Below are positions 1 through 13,209 of a stretch of 64,000 bases of DNA, one piece after another. Every line of letters starts with the position of its first letter. The stretch's first letter is position 1. The translations under genes were made by a program, and so were the position numbers. The notes under the pieces are model-generated. The model saw only the letters and a program-made list of their open reading frames with translations. It had not been told where the DNA came from and did no database searches. Source of the stretch: Octopus vulgaris (lineage: Eukaryota); the NCBI GenBank assembly GCA_951406725.2, contig OX597825.1:85932001-85996000 (forward strand). The letters run 5' to 3'.

Positions 1-435
1 CATATTTATTTGTGGAAAATGAATTAAAAGATTGGTACCATACATTGGTTTCCGTGCCCCACCCCCAGACTTTATGGCTACTCCCTGGGGCTATTAACTG
101 GCTATTCCCAGTTAATAACATGTGCTCTAAGATAAATTTATTTCATAAATAAGATAATACCAAAATAGACGAGTAAAAGGCATTGCAATAGTAAATGGGA
201 AAACTGAAGAGTGTCGTAGAATTCTTAAGAACCGAACATGGTACGATGCTGTCAATCTATTCCTTTCAGTTGGCTTTCGCGAAGAATTGAAGGAAAATAA
301 GATTAAATCTAAGGCAGTCTTTCATAGTAAATCTAATTTACTTATTTCTGTACCTGGCCTTCGGGGAAAACAGGTGAAAAGACAATTAGTTTAGGTAATT
401 TACAGACAAATTTCAAATCTTCTGCCCAACTCTCA

Positions 436-647
436 ATGGCGACACACTTGTTTGCGGTTGCTGCTACTGCTGCTGCTGCGGCTGAGGCTGCTGCTGCTAA
501 TGTTGCTACAGCAATCGTTATTGATGAATCTTCTACTAATGATGATGGTGGTGGTGGTGGTGATAGTTGTGGTGGTAGTGATAATGATGATGGTGATTAT
601 GGTGGTGATGGTGGTGGTGATGATGATCTTGATGATGATGATGGTGG

Positions 648-678
<31 letters not shown>

Positions 679-990
679 GGTGGTGGTTGTAGTGTTGATG
701 GTGGTGGTTTTGGTGGTGGTGGTGATGATGATCTTGATGATGATGATGGTGATGGTGAGGATGATGATGGTGTTGGTGGTGATGATGATCTTGATGATGA
801 TGATAATGGCGACATTGTTGTTCTACTTCTTGTTACCGTCTTTGTTCAATAATTCGTTGTTATGTTTTATACATCTTCATTATATCTTACACCTCGAATA
901 TGCTGTTATCGTATGTAACGTTTTCCCGCCGCCACCACCACCACCACCACCACCACCACCATCTCCACCACCACTACTACTACAAGCAAC
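436..990. repeat. Compound trinucleotide low-complexity tract (GCT/GAT/GGT/CCA)
   Basis: Runs of gat, ggt, gct and cca; the overlapping ORFs are poly-G/D, poly-M/V or poly-S/P only. Confidence 0.9.
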
Positions 991-1099
991 AGTATTATTA
1001 ATCTTATCTGAAAACCTGTTTATCTTCTAGCACGCAGAAAGATATTATTTATCACACCTTACAAATTCATACGTAAATGTACAGATATGCATTCATACT

Positions 1100-1176
<77 letters not shown>

Positions 1177-1611
1177 TCATAAACACGCACACATATAAAT
1201 ATATATATGTATGCATGTAAGTATATATATGTGTGTGTGTGTGTGGATAGTACAGTGTGTGTGTGCCTAATGTATAAATGGGTTTGAGAAGTCCTCTATG
1301 TACCTATATGCAAATGTCGGTCTATGTCTTCTTCGTGTACGTCCGTCTCAGCCTGGAGGTGTTTGATTATAAATCATTACAGTACGCCGGTGTGTCTGTG
1401 TGTGTGTCTGTCTGTTTGGCTGGCTGGCTGGCTGGCAGAGTACTGAACGATCTCACTCTTGATTCGTCGTCTCTGCGTAAACAGTCGCTGTGGATGCAGT
1501 AATTCATTAAAACACTCTGACAGCGAAGACCTTGATAAGAAAATGATTAAGATCGCTCTCTTTCACTCGTTGCTCGGCGTTGTTTCCATAAACTCCAAAC
1601 TGTTTACTTAC

Positions 1612-1737
1612 AGGACGATCGCATGTAAATATTGAGACGAGATGACAATAACCACTCGAAACTAGTCGAACTGTTCTCGAGTTTTTCCTGCTAAGAGGCT
1701 TCCTTTGTTTAGCCGTGGGGTCCGATACACTGTGAAG
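1612..1737 (-). other. Candidate internal exon (126 nt), function unknown
   Basis: Minus strand has a pyrimidine tract ctttctctctctcatacattcag|CTTCAC and ends GATCGTCCT|gtaagta. Frame 0 is open (LHSVSDPTAKQRK...CDRP), but I do not recognise the peptide. Confidence 0.45.
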
Positions 1738-1835
1738 CTGAATGTATGAGAGAGAGAAAGAGAGAGAGAGAGAGACCAAATCCAAAATAAACCGTAGATC
1801 TGACATTCAGAGCTGGTTGCTGATGTGGCGTAGAT

Positions 1836-2108
1836 ATCAAAAAAAGAACATAAATGCGAATTAAAATTTACTACAGCTGTTTCAGTAGCATTATATTGAT
1901 GCATTCGTAGATTACATCCTAGCATAAACCCACCATCATGTCAGTTGTGGAGTAGTCACCATCAATGTGTTACCTTGCTTGTTTATAGACGTTTAAAATT
2001 TTACCTGAGGATCGTGGGTTTGTGCTATGATGTAATTTATTAACGCATCAATAAAATGCTACCGGAACAGCTGTAGTGAATGTTAAACTTCATTTATGTT
2101 CTTCTTTA
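1836..2108. mobile_element. Inverted pair of Penelope-type pLTR fragments with hammerhead-like motifs
   Basis: 1836-1945 is the diverged reverse complement of 2001-2108. The right arm reads ttac-CTGAGGA...GGAA-CAGCTG-TA-gtgaa and the left arm keeps GAAACAGCTGTAGTAA. Confidence 0.7.
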
Positions 2109-2173
2109 TACATATGTTTATGCTTGGGGGTGTATGTATATATGTATGTTTGTGTGTGTATGTATATATATGT

Positions 2174-2267
<94 letters not shown>

Positions 2268-2276
2268 GATGATGTA

Positions 2277-2330
<54 letters not shown>

Positions 2331-2399
2331 GTACGTATATATTTATATATATATATATTAGTTTGGTCCAATTTGTAGTGTAAAGTAATATAAGTTTAT

Positions 2400-3319
2400 T
2401 TTAACTAATATTATTATTTTTTAAATAGGTTTTTATTTTCTTTCAAATTTTTTATTATAAAATTTAAATATTAAATTTTTAGAGGTTTAATTTAGGTTTA
2501 TCTGTTATTGTGAGATGGAAGGAATTTTTCGTGCAATTATTTTTCACTCGTTTTGATCTATTTATTTGTTTATTTATTTGTTTATTTATTTATTTATACG
2601 AAAGGGAAACTACTCTGTCTTACTTGAAGGAAGACACGGAAGACATTTCTAAATAAAAGAATTTCTTTTCTTTTCGTTTGAAATCATGTTATTTACTTTG
2701 AATTTATTGTATTGATCACGTTTTAGTGGATAATATATTGGTTTTTAATTCTTTAATCTTTTAATTAGCTAACTCTATTATTCTTAATGGTTAATAGTCT
2801 TTTTTTCATTAACTTATCTGTAGGCTGATTGTCTATTTTGTTTTGTGCAGACGGTAACTGCAAATGTCGTTAACGAGTATTTATATATTGTGAATTGTCA
2901 TTTGAATCAACGCTGAAATGGATTCATATATTTTTTTTTTTTTGTTTTGGATCGGTCTGGCGTTCGGTTAATTTCTTTCTATCATAATTTAATTGTTTGC
3001 TCCTTTCTGGGCTATTGTAAAGGTCTTTATATTCCAATAATGAATTCCTGAGGAAAAGCCTAATTTGTGATTTCAAAAGGATTATATTTCGCTTTATTTT
3101 GAATTAATTAGGCTTGGAAACAACTTGTTGGATCTTTATTGGATTTGTATCGACTTTGAATTAAAACAACGTCGATGATTATATTTTTCCTTTCTTTCCA
3201 CTTTGTTTATTTATAATACCAATATTGAATATATAGTTTTTTTTTATATTCTTTGCTTGAATTGAACCTGTGGACTTGGATGTTTAACATTCCTTTGAAT
3301 AATTTAAGCCCATAATTCT

Positions 3320-3320
<1 letters not shown>
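2400..3320 (+). mobile_element. Degenerate Penelope-like element 3' end (GIY-YIG C-terminus relic plus hammerhead)
   Basis: About 2613-2690 translates LCLT*RKTRKTFLNKRISFLFV*NH, resembling the Penelope endonuclease tail LCL.EK...LLNKR.E...CRH. A hammerhead motif follows at 3044-3134. Confidence 0.55.
3044..3134 (+). ncRNA. Type-I hammerhead ribozyme-like motif
   Basis: attc-CTGAGGA, stem II aagcctaatt/aattaggctt (10 bp), then GAAA-CAACTTG-TT-ggat; stem I is attc/ggat. Confidence 0.6.
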
Positions 3321-3324
<4 letters not shown>

Positions 3325-3353
<29 letters not shown>

Positions 3354-4122
3354 ATTTGGCTCAAAAGCAAATAGCAAGGCCATGTAGGGGGACATGGAGT
3401 TAAGTACAGGGTGGTGTTCATGTAAAGAGTTCAGGCCACTTGAGGTCCAGGGAGGCTTTGAACAAAGCGGTCGTCGGCATCTTCACCATCTCGTCTGGCA
3501 GCTTGCTCCACGGATCCGCAACCCGGACGGAGAAAGCTCCTCTCCTTCGATTGAGATGAAATCGTCGCAGGTAGAGCTTTTCGGAATGACCCCGCAGCCG
3601 ACGCTCCGGAGCAGGAGTGAAGAACAGCTCTTTCGAGAGGTTACACTTCCCGCTTATGATGTTGTGGGCGAGAATGAGATCACCACGGCGGCGGCGTTTT
3701 TCAAGAGAACAAAGGTCGAGCGTCCTCAGCCTTTCTTCGTAGGACAAATTTTTGAGACCATGAACCATGCGGGTAGCCAGCCTCTGGACTCTTTCGAGGT
3801 GCTGTATGTCTTTGAGGAGATAAGGAGAAGAGGCTTGAATCCCATACTCCAATATGGGTCTCACCAGCGTGACATAAAGTGGCAGGAATATGGCTGCTGT
3901 GAGCATTCCGAATGACCGTCGAATCAAAAACAGAATTCCGCGCGCTTTGTTGGCAGCATGGACGCACTGGGCCGAAGGCGAAAAGGAGGAATCCACCAAG
4001 ATACCCAGGTCCTTTACCTGATCGGTCCTCTCCAGCAGCAGACGACCCGGCTCGAAATCAAGTTGAGTTGCAGGAGTAGAGCCGACAGGCAGATGACAGC
4101 ACTTCGACACGTTCAGACACAT
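3325..4122 (-). mobile_element. 5'-truncated CR1-type LINE (ORF2 C-terminus) with (TAAC)n tail
   Basis: ORF 3418-4122 has KDLGI..DS..S..QC, LYVTLVRPILEYG, LERVQRLATRMV.GL..LSYEERL..LDL.SLEKRR.RGDLI and FS.RV.D.W..LP, typical of CR1 ORF2. The tail (agtt)n is at 3325-3353. Confidence 0.9.
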
Positions 4123-4149
4123 ATATATATATTTATATATATATATATA

Positions 4150-4312
4150 GGCGCAGGAGCGACTGTGTGGTAAGTAGCTCGCTTACCAACCACATGGTTC
4201 CGGGTTCACTCCCACTGTGCGGCACCTTGGGAAAGTGTCTTCTACTATAGCCTCACGCCGGTCAAAGCCTTGTGAGTGGATTTGGTAGATAGAAACTGAA
4301 AGAAGCCCGTCG
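4150..4312 (+). mobile_element. tRNA-derived SINE family A (octopus OK-like), 5' half
   Basis: Head ggcgcaggag...tggtaagtagc with B-box-like gggttcactccc, then accttgggaaagtg...aagaagcccgtcg; matches the other copies in the window. Confidence 0.8.
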
Positions 4313-4454
4313 TATATATATATATATATAAATGCACGGTGACATCTATCATGAAATTCACAAAATAACCGAGGTTCTTGAGCTCCAAAGCAAGGTGAGA
4401 CATTATATATAAATAAACATTCAAGTGTATATAAATATATATAGTTTGAATCTA

Positions 4455-4610
4455 CAAAAAAAAACAAAAGACGGAAATAGGGTGTGTAAACAACAAACAG
4501 GTGTATTAGTTTAACGCTCGAGAAGGTGATAACGTCTTTTACGTTTTGAGCCTACGGTGTGCAGCAGAAAGGAACACGAGTAAATATACAGAGAGAGAAT
4601 TTTAAAAAAG
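4455..4610 (-). mobile_element. Short Penelope-type element, family H1 (degenerate)
   Basis: Homologous to 6255-6435, 19817-20010 and 51055-51235 (aacaaaagacg...aaacagatgtattag...gtcttttacgttt). Confidence 0.6.
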
Positions 4611-4734
4611 CTTTAGTGGCAATACACACCTTGGCTGTTAGAGATAGGTTGGCCCGGTTGGATTGTCAAGATGCTGACCTTTGTTGAAGTAGAAACCTGT
4701 GACCACGACTGTCTTCTTGGCTCCAGTGAATAAC

Positions 4735-4883
<149 letters not shown>

Positions 4884-6206
4884 TTTTCATTGCTTGCATT
4901 CCCTGTACAACCAAGTTCCGCAAGTGTGTACCGCAGGTGCGTACCATGTTTCGTTGGAGTTTTCTCTTCTGCTGACAATAATCTTCACGATCTGTTGCCA
5001 GTGTCTAAGAGTTCTGTTTTCTCTGAGCTCTACACATTTTTGTTCTGTGGTTTTGATTGAGTTATTTGCAGGGGTTTTTTGTTGGTTGGTGGATATCATT
5101 CCCAGAACACTCATGACTGTAATTACTGTGTTCCACTCACAACTCACACATTCTAGTTCTCTCCGTTACCAAATCCTTAGATTTCGACAATGCCTCCATT
5201 CCTTTACACCAGATATATAACCATTTATTGGAACTCATATTTCCATTAAGAGGTACTTCCTTTCCTACTGAACTTTGACAACAATATCCGACCGACTATT
5301 ATGATCATTATCGTTCTCCCTTGCGATCAATTTAGCCTTTGAGGCTCATTTTTAGTGTTTTGATGATTTTTTGTTGTTGTTCCTCTTTTTCTGCTCGTTT
5401 ATGGCTTTTCTGATCGATATTCCTTCCTAAAGTCGTTTGAACCTTTGCAACTTATCTTCGACTTTTCTGGAAATTGTTATTTTCTCCAGATGTTTCTTTA
5501 TTGTCTGCAATATTATCGCAGTTAAAGTTTTGGATGATTCATGAGGGCAGGTTAAGGGTCTGCAGGTTTTAGGAATTTCTTTTCACTCCTGCTGATTAAG
5601 ATTTTTTTTTTTGGTTTTCTCTCAGTAAAACTCTTTGAGTTATAGCAATATTTTACTTTAAAAACCTCCGCTGCCTCCTCATGTGTCAATGTTGAATGTT
5701 TTAATCACAAATTTGAACGTTTATCTTGTTCTGGTGTCTTCCATTCATTTGCTCTTCGTTATGTCGATGTTCTTGAGTTGTTAAGGCCTCCCACGATTGT
5801 TCAGATCCTGTGTTGGTTGTTTTCAACAATCAGGTCGTGATAATTCTTCTGCTGTCCATTCCCTTCCCTAGAATAGTTCAACTCTTCATTCTGTTGGCGC
5901 TACATTTTCGTCTCTATTTCTGTTTTTACCTAGATATTGATAAATTTAAGAACAGAGTCGAATTGGTTTTGTCCAAACTTGGCTATCACAGACTTAATGA
6001 AAACAAACATGAACATCAATATCACCAGAATAAACGAAATAATATTTGCAGTAATCGTGACAGAAAAGGAAAGTCATTATTCCTTAAGATCTATATATGT
6101 AGGAATATCAAAACCACAGCATCAACATAGAAAACAAAAAGAAAATACTTAATTTGTAGCGAAATCAATAAGGAAAGAAAAGAGCAAAAAAGAAGAGACA
6201 AATACT

Positions 6207-6254
<48 letters not shown>

Positions 6255-6256
<2 letters not shown>

Positions 6257-6435
6257 GGAGAATTCACGAAAAAAAAACAAAAGACGAAGACAGGTGGTGT
6301 AGAAAACAAACAGATGTATTAGTATAACGCCATGGATTTAAAAGGTCTTTTACGTTTCGAGCCTACGCTCTTCCACAGAGAACACAGAAAGAAACAAGGA
6401 GAGAAACAAAGAGAGAAAGAAAAGTGTGTAGTGAC
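6255..6435 (-). mobile_element. Short Penelope-type element H1 with hammerhead-like motif (CUGUGGA core)
   Basis: Reverse complement of 6345-6380 reads CTGTGGA-AGAGC-GTAG-GCTC-GAAA-CG-TA-AAAGAC. Confidence 0.65.
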
Positions 6436-6440
6436 TCCTG

Positions 6441-6643
6441 AAAAGCAGCAGAAATATCGCAAAAACTGTTATTAAGAGTTTCACGTTCCCGTTCGTTGGA
6501 CAAACAAAACTGTCCGACGAACGGGAACGTGAAACTCTTAATAACAGTTTTTTGCGATATTTCTGCTGCTTTTTAATGAAGGATATTACTCTACCTCCGG
6601 TATTCGAGTACTAGTTTTCCACCTTCTTTCGCATTTATGTGCT

Positions 6644-6646
<3 letters not shown>
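6441..6646. mobile_element. Family H2 element forming a near-perfect ~62-bp hairpin with two hammerhead-like copies
   Basis: 6441-6502 is the reverse complement of 6511-6573 with an 8-nt loop. The right arm reads actgt-CCGACGA-acgggaacgt-GAAA-ctcttaata-acagt and is homologous to 14283-14435. Confidence 0.8.
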
Positions 6647-6720
<74 letters not shown>

Positions 6721-8395
6721 TGCCTCGCTGGCAACTACCAAGCCATGCATTAATCTATCCACATGGCCTTCTCTAAATTTTAGTAATCATCGCATCATCA
6801 CCGACATTAGTATCACTATCATAACCATCACTATCATAACCATCACCATCCATCACCATCATCAACATCAGCAGCATAACGTTATCCATACAGCAATAGC
6901 AAGCATTGTAGACGTACACAATCACATAATTACGTGAATGCACTCACCAACGAAACAATCTCTCTTTCCTTCTCTCTCTCTCTCTCTCCATCTCTCTTGC
7001 TGTCACTCTTTCTCTCTCTCTCTGTCTGCTGTTTGTTTATAAGACGCTGATCATTTTTTATCCTCTCAGGCTTCTGTGCGTGTGTATGTGTGTGTATGCA
7101 TGCGTGTGGATATATATAGAGAGAGAGTTAGATAGATAAAGAGATAGATATACATGTACATATATATATATATACACACACACACGTGCATACACATGTA
7201 TATGTGCATATATAAATGATTCTGTATACATATATAAATAAATACATGTTTACATATACACATGAATATACAAGCATGCACACAGACAAACATGTATGCG
7301 TTCAACATCTACATGGAATGCAGTCTGTAGGCTGACTGATAGATAAAACCATTACACAGATACAAATCAAAGAAAATGGAGAAAAAGAAAAAGAAAGGAA
7401 AATAAAGAAAAAACGATAAAAAGAAGAAAAAAACTGAACATCGTAGATTGTAGCAACGAGGTCTTTTTTTATTATATTGAAGCTTGCGAGAGCAGTTTTT
7501 TTTTTCATCAGCCTCCGGACAAAATGGATGTTAGTTGTATGCTGTATTGTAATGTTAAAAGAGAGAGTGTATCTAATCAATGTTGTCGACAAAATCAAGG
7601 TTATTTATCTATCCCAGGTTTTTACAGGCGAGAAAATACGAATTATTTATTCCTTTCTATTTTAACAATAGACTAAAAGCAAAAGTTTATATTTTAGTTT
7701 TCCGCCATTTGCTTTTTCTTTTCTTTTTTCTATCTTCCGAGTTTTATTCTGTCATTTTCATGGATTTTTTTTTTACTCGTTGCTAAAGGACGAATATTTG
7801 AAGTTTGAAGCAAATTTTATATTAACTGACTTTCGTTTCTATTTGGAGTCAACAGAATTCTTTTACATCGCAAATATTGGTAATAATGCATGAACGTCAC
7901 ACGTTCGTATTAACTTGAATTTCTGACAATGTTAAAAAGATAAACCAACGTTCGTTTCGATATTTAATAAGACAGAATATCACCAAACATGGCTGCGGAT
8001 GAACAAGTATGACAACAGAGGCAGAATAAGCGAAAGGTGGTACGACAGAAGTGGGTTTAGCAATGGCGCTTGGTCGGATTTTACTCTAAAATAGCATTAA
8101 TAGAGAGTAAAAGGGTATTTTTTTTTTAATATCAGTGCTTTTATTATGGTTCTTAGCCCCAGGGTAACGGTTTTAGTTCGCTTTCCCTTCCCGTTCAGAT
8201 GAACGGAGGCGGACGTTGAAACTGGTTTCAATTTATCCCAGGATAGAAACTAGAAGGTTCTTTCTACTACTACTAATACTACTACGACTGCTATGACTAC
8301 TGCTACTGCGATTACTACCACTACTACCACCACTACCACCACATACTACTACTAATACTAAAACAGAACTTCATCGCATTTTATCCCTGTCATAT

Positions 8396-8448
<53 letters not shown>

Positions 8449-8454
8449 CAATCC

Positions 8455-8590
8455 ACCCGACGGGCTTCTCTATAGTTTCCATTTACCCAATTTCACTTAG
8501 AAAGTACAAGTCAACCGGAGTCTGTAGAAAATGACATCTGCCCAAGATGTCACGCAATGAGATCGAACTCAGGGTCTTGTGGTTCGCATA
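8455..8590 (-). mobile_element. SINE family A, degenerate
   Basis: acgggcttct...gtttcc...tgcccaagatgtcacgca...gaac. Confidence 0.6.
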
Positions 8591-8965
8591 CAAATGCAGG
8601 AATATACGAATGCATTTATACAACTTACCTATAGCAGTTAGAAGAATTGGTATCATACAAAAATGGTCCGCCAAGACATACATCGCGAAGATATAGAATC
8701 TACGAAGACAAATAAAAACAACAAAAGCAAAACATACAATTTTGATCACGTGACTCTATACGTTATGGAGAGAAGGCAAACATGTCACTATGGCAACAAG
8801 TTTTATTAAGTCTGATGAAAGATCTTAATTAATTCTTTGCAAGAATTAATGTATCCCTTGATAAAACATGATTTACATATACCGACGTAGCGTTCTCTTT
8901 CTCTTTTTCTAAATACATACATACATACATACATACATACATACATACATACATACATACATACA

Positions 8966-8997
<32 letters not shown>

Positions 8998-9004
8998 CAC
9001 ACAC

Positions 9005-9995
9005 TAACTGTCCAACGGATGTTAACATAAAGATGAAGATCAGTGAAAAAGAGAACACCTACGCTTTCCAGATTGCAAGTTCAGGTTTATACCTGTAGTT
9101 ATTGGGGCCCTGGGATATGTTACACACTGCCTAAATACCAATTTTGAGGAATTAGGCTACTCAAAACCAGAAAGAAGAAAGCTAATTCGAAAACTTCAGA
9201 GCCAATCCGTCACTGGAACTGTAAAAATATGTAAAACTTTCCAGAAGTTTATCATTTAAATATATATGAGCATGTCTTGATATTCAACTATATGCATGAG
9301 AATACATACATAAAGCATACAAATCTGCACAAACATACATACATACATAATTACATACATGCATACATACATACATACATACATACATACATACATACAT
9401 ACATACATACATACATACATACATACATACATACATACATACATACATACATACATACAAACAAACAAAAACACAAACAAAGCTACCCTATTGTTATGTT
9501 GAAATTCCAATGAAGGAGCCTCGGATCTAGGTTAGAAACCGGTTCTTTCTGTATTGGGAAGAAATTTTGAAATGAATATGGAACAATGACATACATACAT
9601 ACATTACAAGTTTGGGTTTATACCTGTAATTATTGGCGCCCTGGAATATATAACATACTGCCTAAGTACCATTCTTGAGAAATTATGCTACTCAAAACCA
9701 GAAAGGAGAAAGCTAATTCGAAGACTACAGATCCAGTCCATCACTAGAACTGTAAAAATCTGTAAAACTTTCCAGAAGTTTATCATTTGAATATATACGA
9801 GTATGTCTAGATATGTAGTTATATGCATGAGAATACATGCATAAAACAAAACATACAAGTCTGCTCACAAACATACATACACAAGCATACATACAAAAAT
9901 ACCCTGTTGTTGATGTTGAGATTCCAATGAAGGAGCCTTGAATTTAGGTTAGAAACCGGCTCTTTCTCAATTGGCAAGAAATCTTGAAATAAAAA
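9005..9995 (+). mobile_element. Two tandem 3' fragments of an R4/Dong-like (REL endonuclease) non-LTR element in (TACA)n
   Basis: 9005-9590 and 9605-9995 both match 60056-61040 (KFRFIPV..GALG..., GTVKICKTFQKFII* and the same 3'UTR). Both are flanked by (TACA)n. Confidence 0.8.
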
Positions 9996-10619
9996 TGAGC
10001 AAACACATACATACATATATACATACATACATACATACATTCATACATACATACATACATACATACATTCATACATTCATACATACATACATACATACAT
10101 ACATACATACATACATACATACATACATACATACATACATACATACATACATAGTTTACAGTATCATTATTGGCAGGACCAACAGAAAAGTACTCCAGCT
10201 AGTGAGAGACAAACATCATTTATCAATGATACATCAATTACAAAAGAGCAATTAATAATTTCATGCTTTAAGACGCAGTGAATTGGCAGATTTACGTAAC
10301 ATGCCATTTATCTCCGAGCCATCTTTTCGAGATCAGTTCATAACGTTAGATGTATTTATAAACTCGGACGCTGGGCTATGAGAAAACATGAGAAAAAACG
10401 AGAAGAAAATATAACGAGAAAGTTGATGCAAAGAGTGGAATGAGAAGAACGAAAAGAAAAGCTAGAGTTTCATATAAAGTGGTTGTGTGTTCCTAAGTTG
10501 TTAGAAATTGGAATTTTACACAGAGTCACATCTTTTCAATGGGAAATTTGTAGAATTTATAACTTTTCGGAAATTTCTTCTCCTCTTAGCACTTGACAGA
10601 AAAACTAATAATGTTGATT

Positions 10620-10828
10620 TTAAATATTGGCACAAGGCCAGAAATTTCGGGGAAACGTGGTAAGTCGATTAGATCAGCGCCAGTGATCAACTGGTATTTA
10701 GTTTATCGACCGCGAAAGGACGAAAGGCAAAGTCGACCTTGGCAGAATTTGAACTCAGAACATAATGTCGGATGAAATGCTGCCAAACATTTTGTCCGGC
10801 ATGCTAACGATTCTGCCAGCTCACCGCC
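10620..10828 (-). mobile_element. SINE family B (Meta-domain-like)
   Basis: Reverse complement contains ggtgagctggcagaatcgttagc...gagttcaaattc...gtcgactttgcctttcgtcctttcgcggtcgataaa. Confidence 0.75.
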
Positions 10829-10904
10829 GCAGAAAATCTAAGAACGTTATATGGTCGTAAGCACTGCAATAAGTAATGGCTTTGTCCCAGAAAGTGATAG
10901 AAGG

Positions 10905-11075
10905 AGCTGATTGAACCGACCCCAGAATAGGGCTTGTACTTTATTTATTGGCCCCCCTAAAGGAGGAAAGGCAAAGTTGACAACGTTGGGAATGGAACAC
11001 AGAGCATTAAGAGCCGGAACAATTACTGGAAAACAAACTTGCCGTCGCTCTCACAACTTCGCCAATTGGTAGCCT
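10905..11075 (-). mobile_element. SINE family B, highly diverged
   Basis: gaccccag...tactttatt...aaaggaggaaaggcaaagttgac. Confidence 0.5.
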
Positions 11076-11541
11076 AGATACACACATGCGCACTTATACA
11101 CATACATGAGTGTGTGGCAAAGTATATATATACTATATATTTACCCTCAATTATATATATATATATGCATGTGTGCCTGTGTGTATATATATCAGGCATA
11201 TGCCGTCAATAATTACGAAATACAGGTGTGCGACTGAGTTGAAGGCAGATTTACATCTGCCTTTACAGCACGTAAAGAAAACGGTGTTGTAGGAATGTAC
11301 CCAGCATGTGTACTACAGTAGTTCTGTGCGTAGTTTAAATACTGAGATTGAAGGAGAGGGGCGAATTATGTGCTTACCTAATCTACAAAAAAATAATATA
11401 TTTTGCATGTTATGCAGAGTAATCAGAGTAACCTTCATAATTTTATTGAATTCGGTCCATATTTTGCCATAAAAGGAAAACGTTGCTATCAATCTATTTC
11501 ATACCTAGGTAGGCACTGCCTACCTTTCCCAAACGGCACGT

Positions 11542-11655
<114 letters not shown>

Positions 11656-11665
11656 ACAACGAGCA

Positions 11666-12006
11666 AGCATGGCTCAGTGGGTGGTTATTACGTCAGGCTC
11701 ATAATCATGAGATACGGAGTTCGACTCCCGGACCCGGTTGTGTGTTGTGCTCTTGAGCAAGACACTTTATTTCGTGTTGCTCCAGTTCACTCAGCTGTAG
11801 AAATGAGTTGCGACGTCACTAGCGCGAAGTTGTATCAGCCTTTGCCTTTCTCTTGGGACAACAGCAGTGGCATGGAGAGGAGAGACTGGCATGCATGAGT
11901 GACTTCCGGTCTTCAATAGACAACCTTGCCTGGACTTGTGCCTCGGAGGGAAACTTTCTAGATGCAATCCCATGCCCATTTTTGACCGAAGAGGGCATTT
12001 ACCCCT
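11666..12006 (+). mobile_element. tRNA-derived SINE family C (CORE/V-like central domain)
   Basis: tggctcagtgg A-box, gagttcgactcc B-box, tcttgagcaagacacttt...gctccagttcactcagctg. Confidence 0.75.
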
Positions 12007-12236
12007 ATGTATGTGTGTGTGTGTGTATGTGTGCATGTGTGTATGTGTGTATGTATACACGTATGCATGTATGTACATGTGTTTGTATGTATTTGTGCTA
12101 GCACTTTGTTGCGAATACAAGAGTATATATGTGTGTGTGCATGCATATATGTTTGTGTGTGTGTGCGCGTGTGTGTATACGTAAATGTATATTTTCGCAT
12201 GTACACATGCATATATATGTATATGTATGTATACAT

Positions 12237-12287
<51 letters not shown>

Positions 12288-12498
12288 TGTGTGTGTGTAT
12301 GGAGGCGATTATCTGGTTTTTCCTTCCCGTTTCGTGTTCGTTTGAAGCTGGGAAGTCTGCTGACGTTATTGTCAATGCGGCTCTCCTGTACGCTAGAGTA
12401 CAGTGGAGTACAGCACACTCGGCTCTCTTCTACTGTACTGCAGCAAACGTATAACTTGCAAATCGAATATCGATTACCAGATGCCGGTAGCTACTTAC

Positions 12499-12585
12499 GG
12501 CCAAACATTTAGATATCTTCACTGACGACAACAACGAGCAAGCAGTGGCGGAGCGGGGGAGGCGAGAGAGGTGCAGTGTTTCTGG
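12499..12585 (-). other. Candidate exon (87 nt) or first-exon donor in a GC-rich island
   Basis: Minus strand ...ttgttgtag|CCAGAA...ATGTTTGGCC|gtaagtag; a GC box (rc GGGCGG) lies upstream near 12896. Confidence 0.35.
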
Positions 12586-13170
12586 CTACAACAATCACAC
12601 ACGTACACACAGTAGCATATACATGCTCACACACACACACACATACACACTACTATACACATATTATCATACACACACACACACAGACATACATATAGTA
12701 TCATACAATCACACACTATCAAAGACTTATGCGCGCACACACATACATACGCACAAATGCACTCTCACACACGCACACGTCTTCTCTCTCCTTCTCTCTC
12801 CTTCTCTCTCTCTCTCTACCTTTCTCGCTCTTTTCTCTCTCTTTCACACACACACACACACAGACACACACGGCAATTGGTATTTCAGTATAAACCGCCC
12901 CTCCCCATTATTTCCATAATGTCCCCAGCTAAGTCTTTAGAATTGGTCTCTCCTCTCTCCTTTATTAGATTTAACTTTTAAACACCTAACCAAAACTACC
13001 GGCACACCCACACACACACACACACACACATACACACACACTTTTCCCTATCACTTCATTTTTTGTCTACGTATTTACTATTCTATATATGCTTTTAACT
13101 GATTTCTGAAATCTAATTCATTTAATCTAGATGTCTATTTCCTAAAGAAAAAAAGTAACTCTTTGTCCAA

Positions 13171-13209
<39 letters not shown>

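Noticed and set aside
92-116. 10-bp hairpin tattaactgg/ccagttaata
   Set aside because: Short, AT-rich and isolated, so plausible by chance.
1788-1810. aaaccgtagatctgacattcag resembles miR-100
   Set aside because: The seed and 3' half differ and I see no precursor hairpin.
3394-3915. 173-aa plus-strand ORF
   Set aside because: It is the antisense shadow of the CR1 ORF2.
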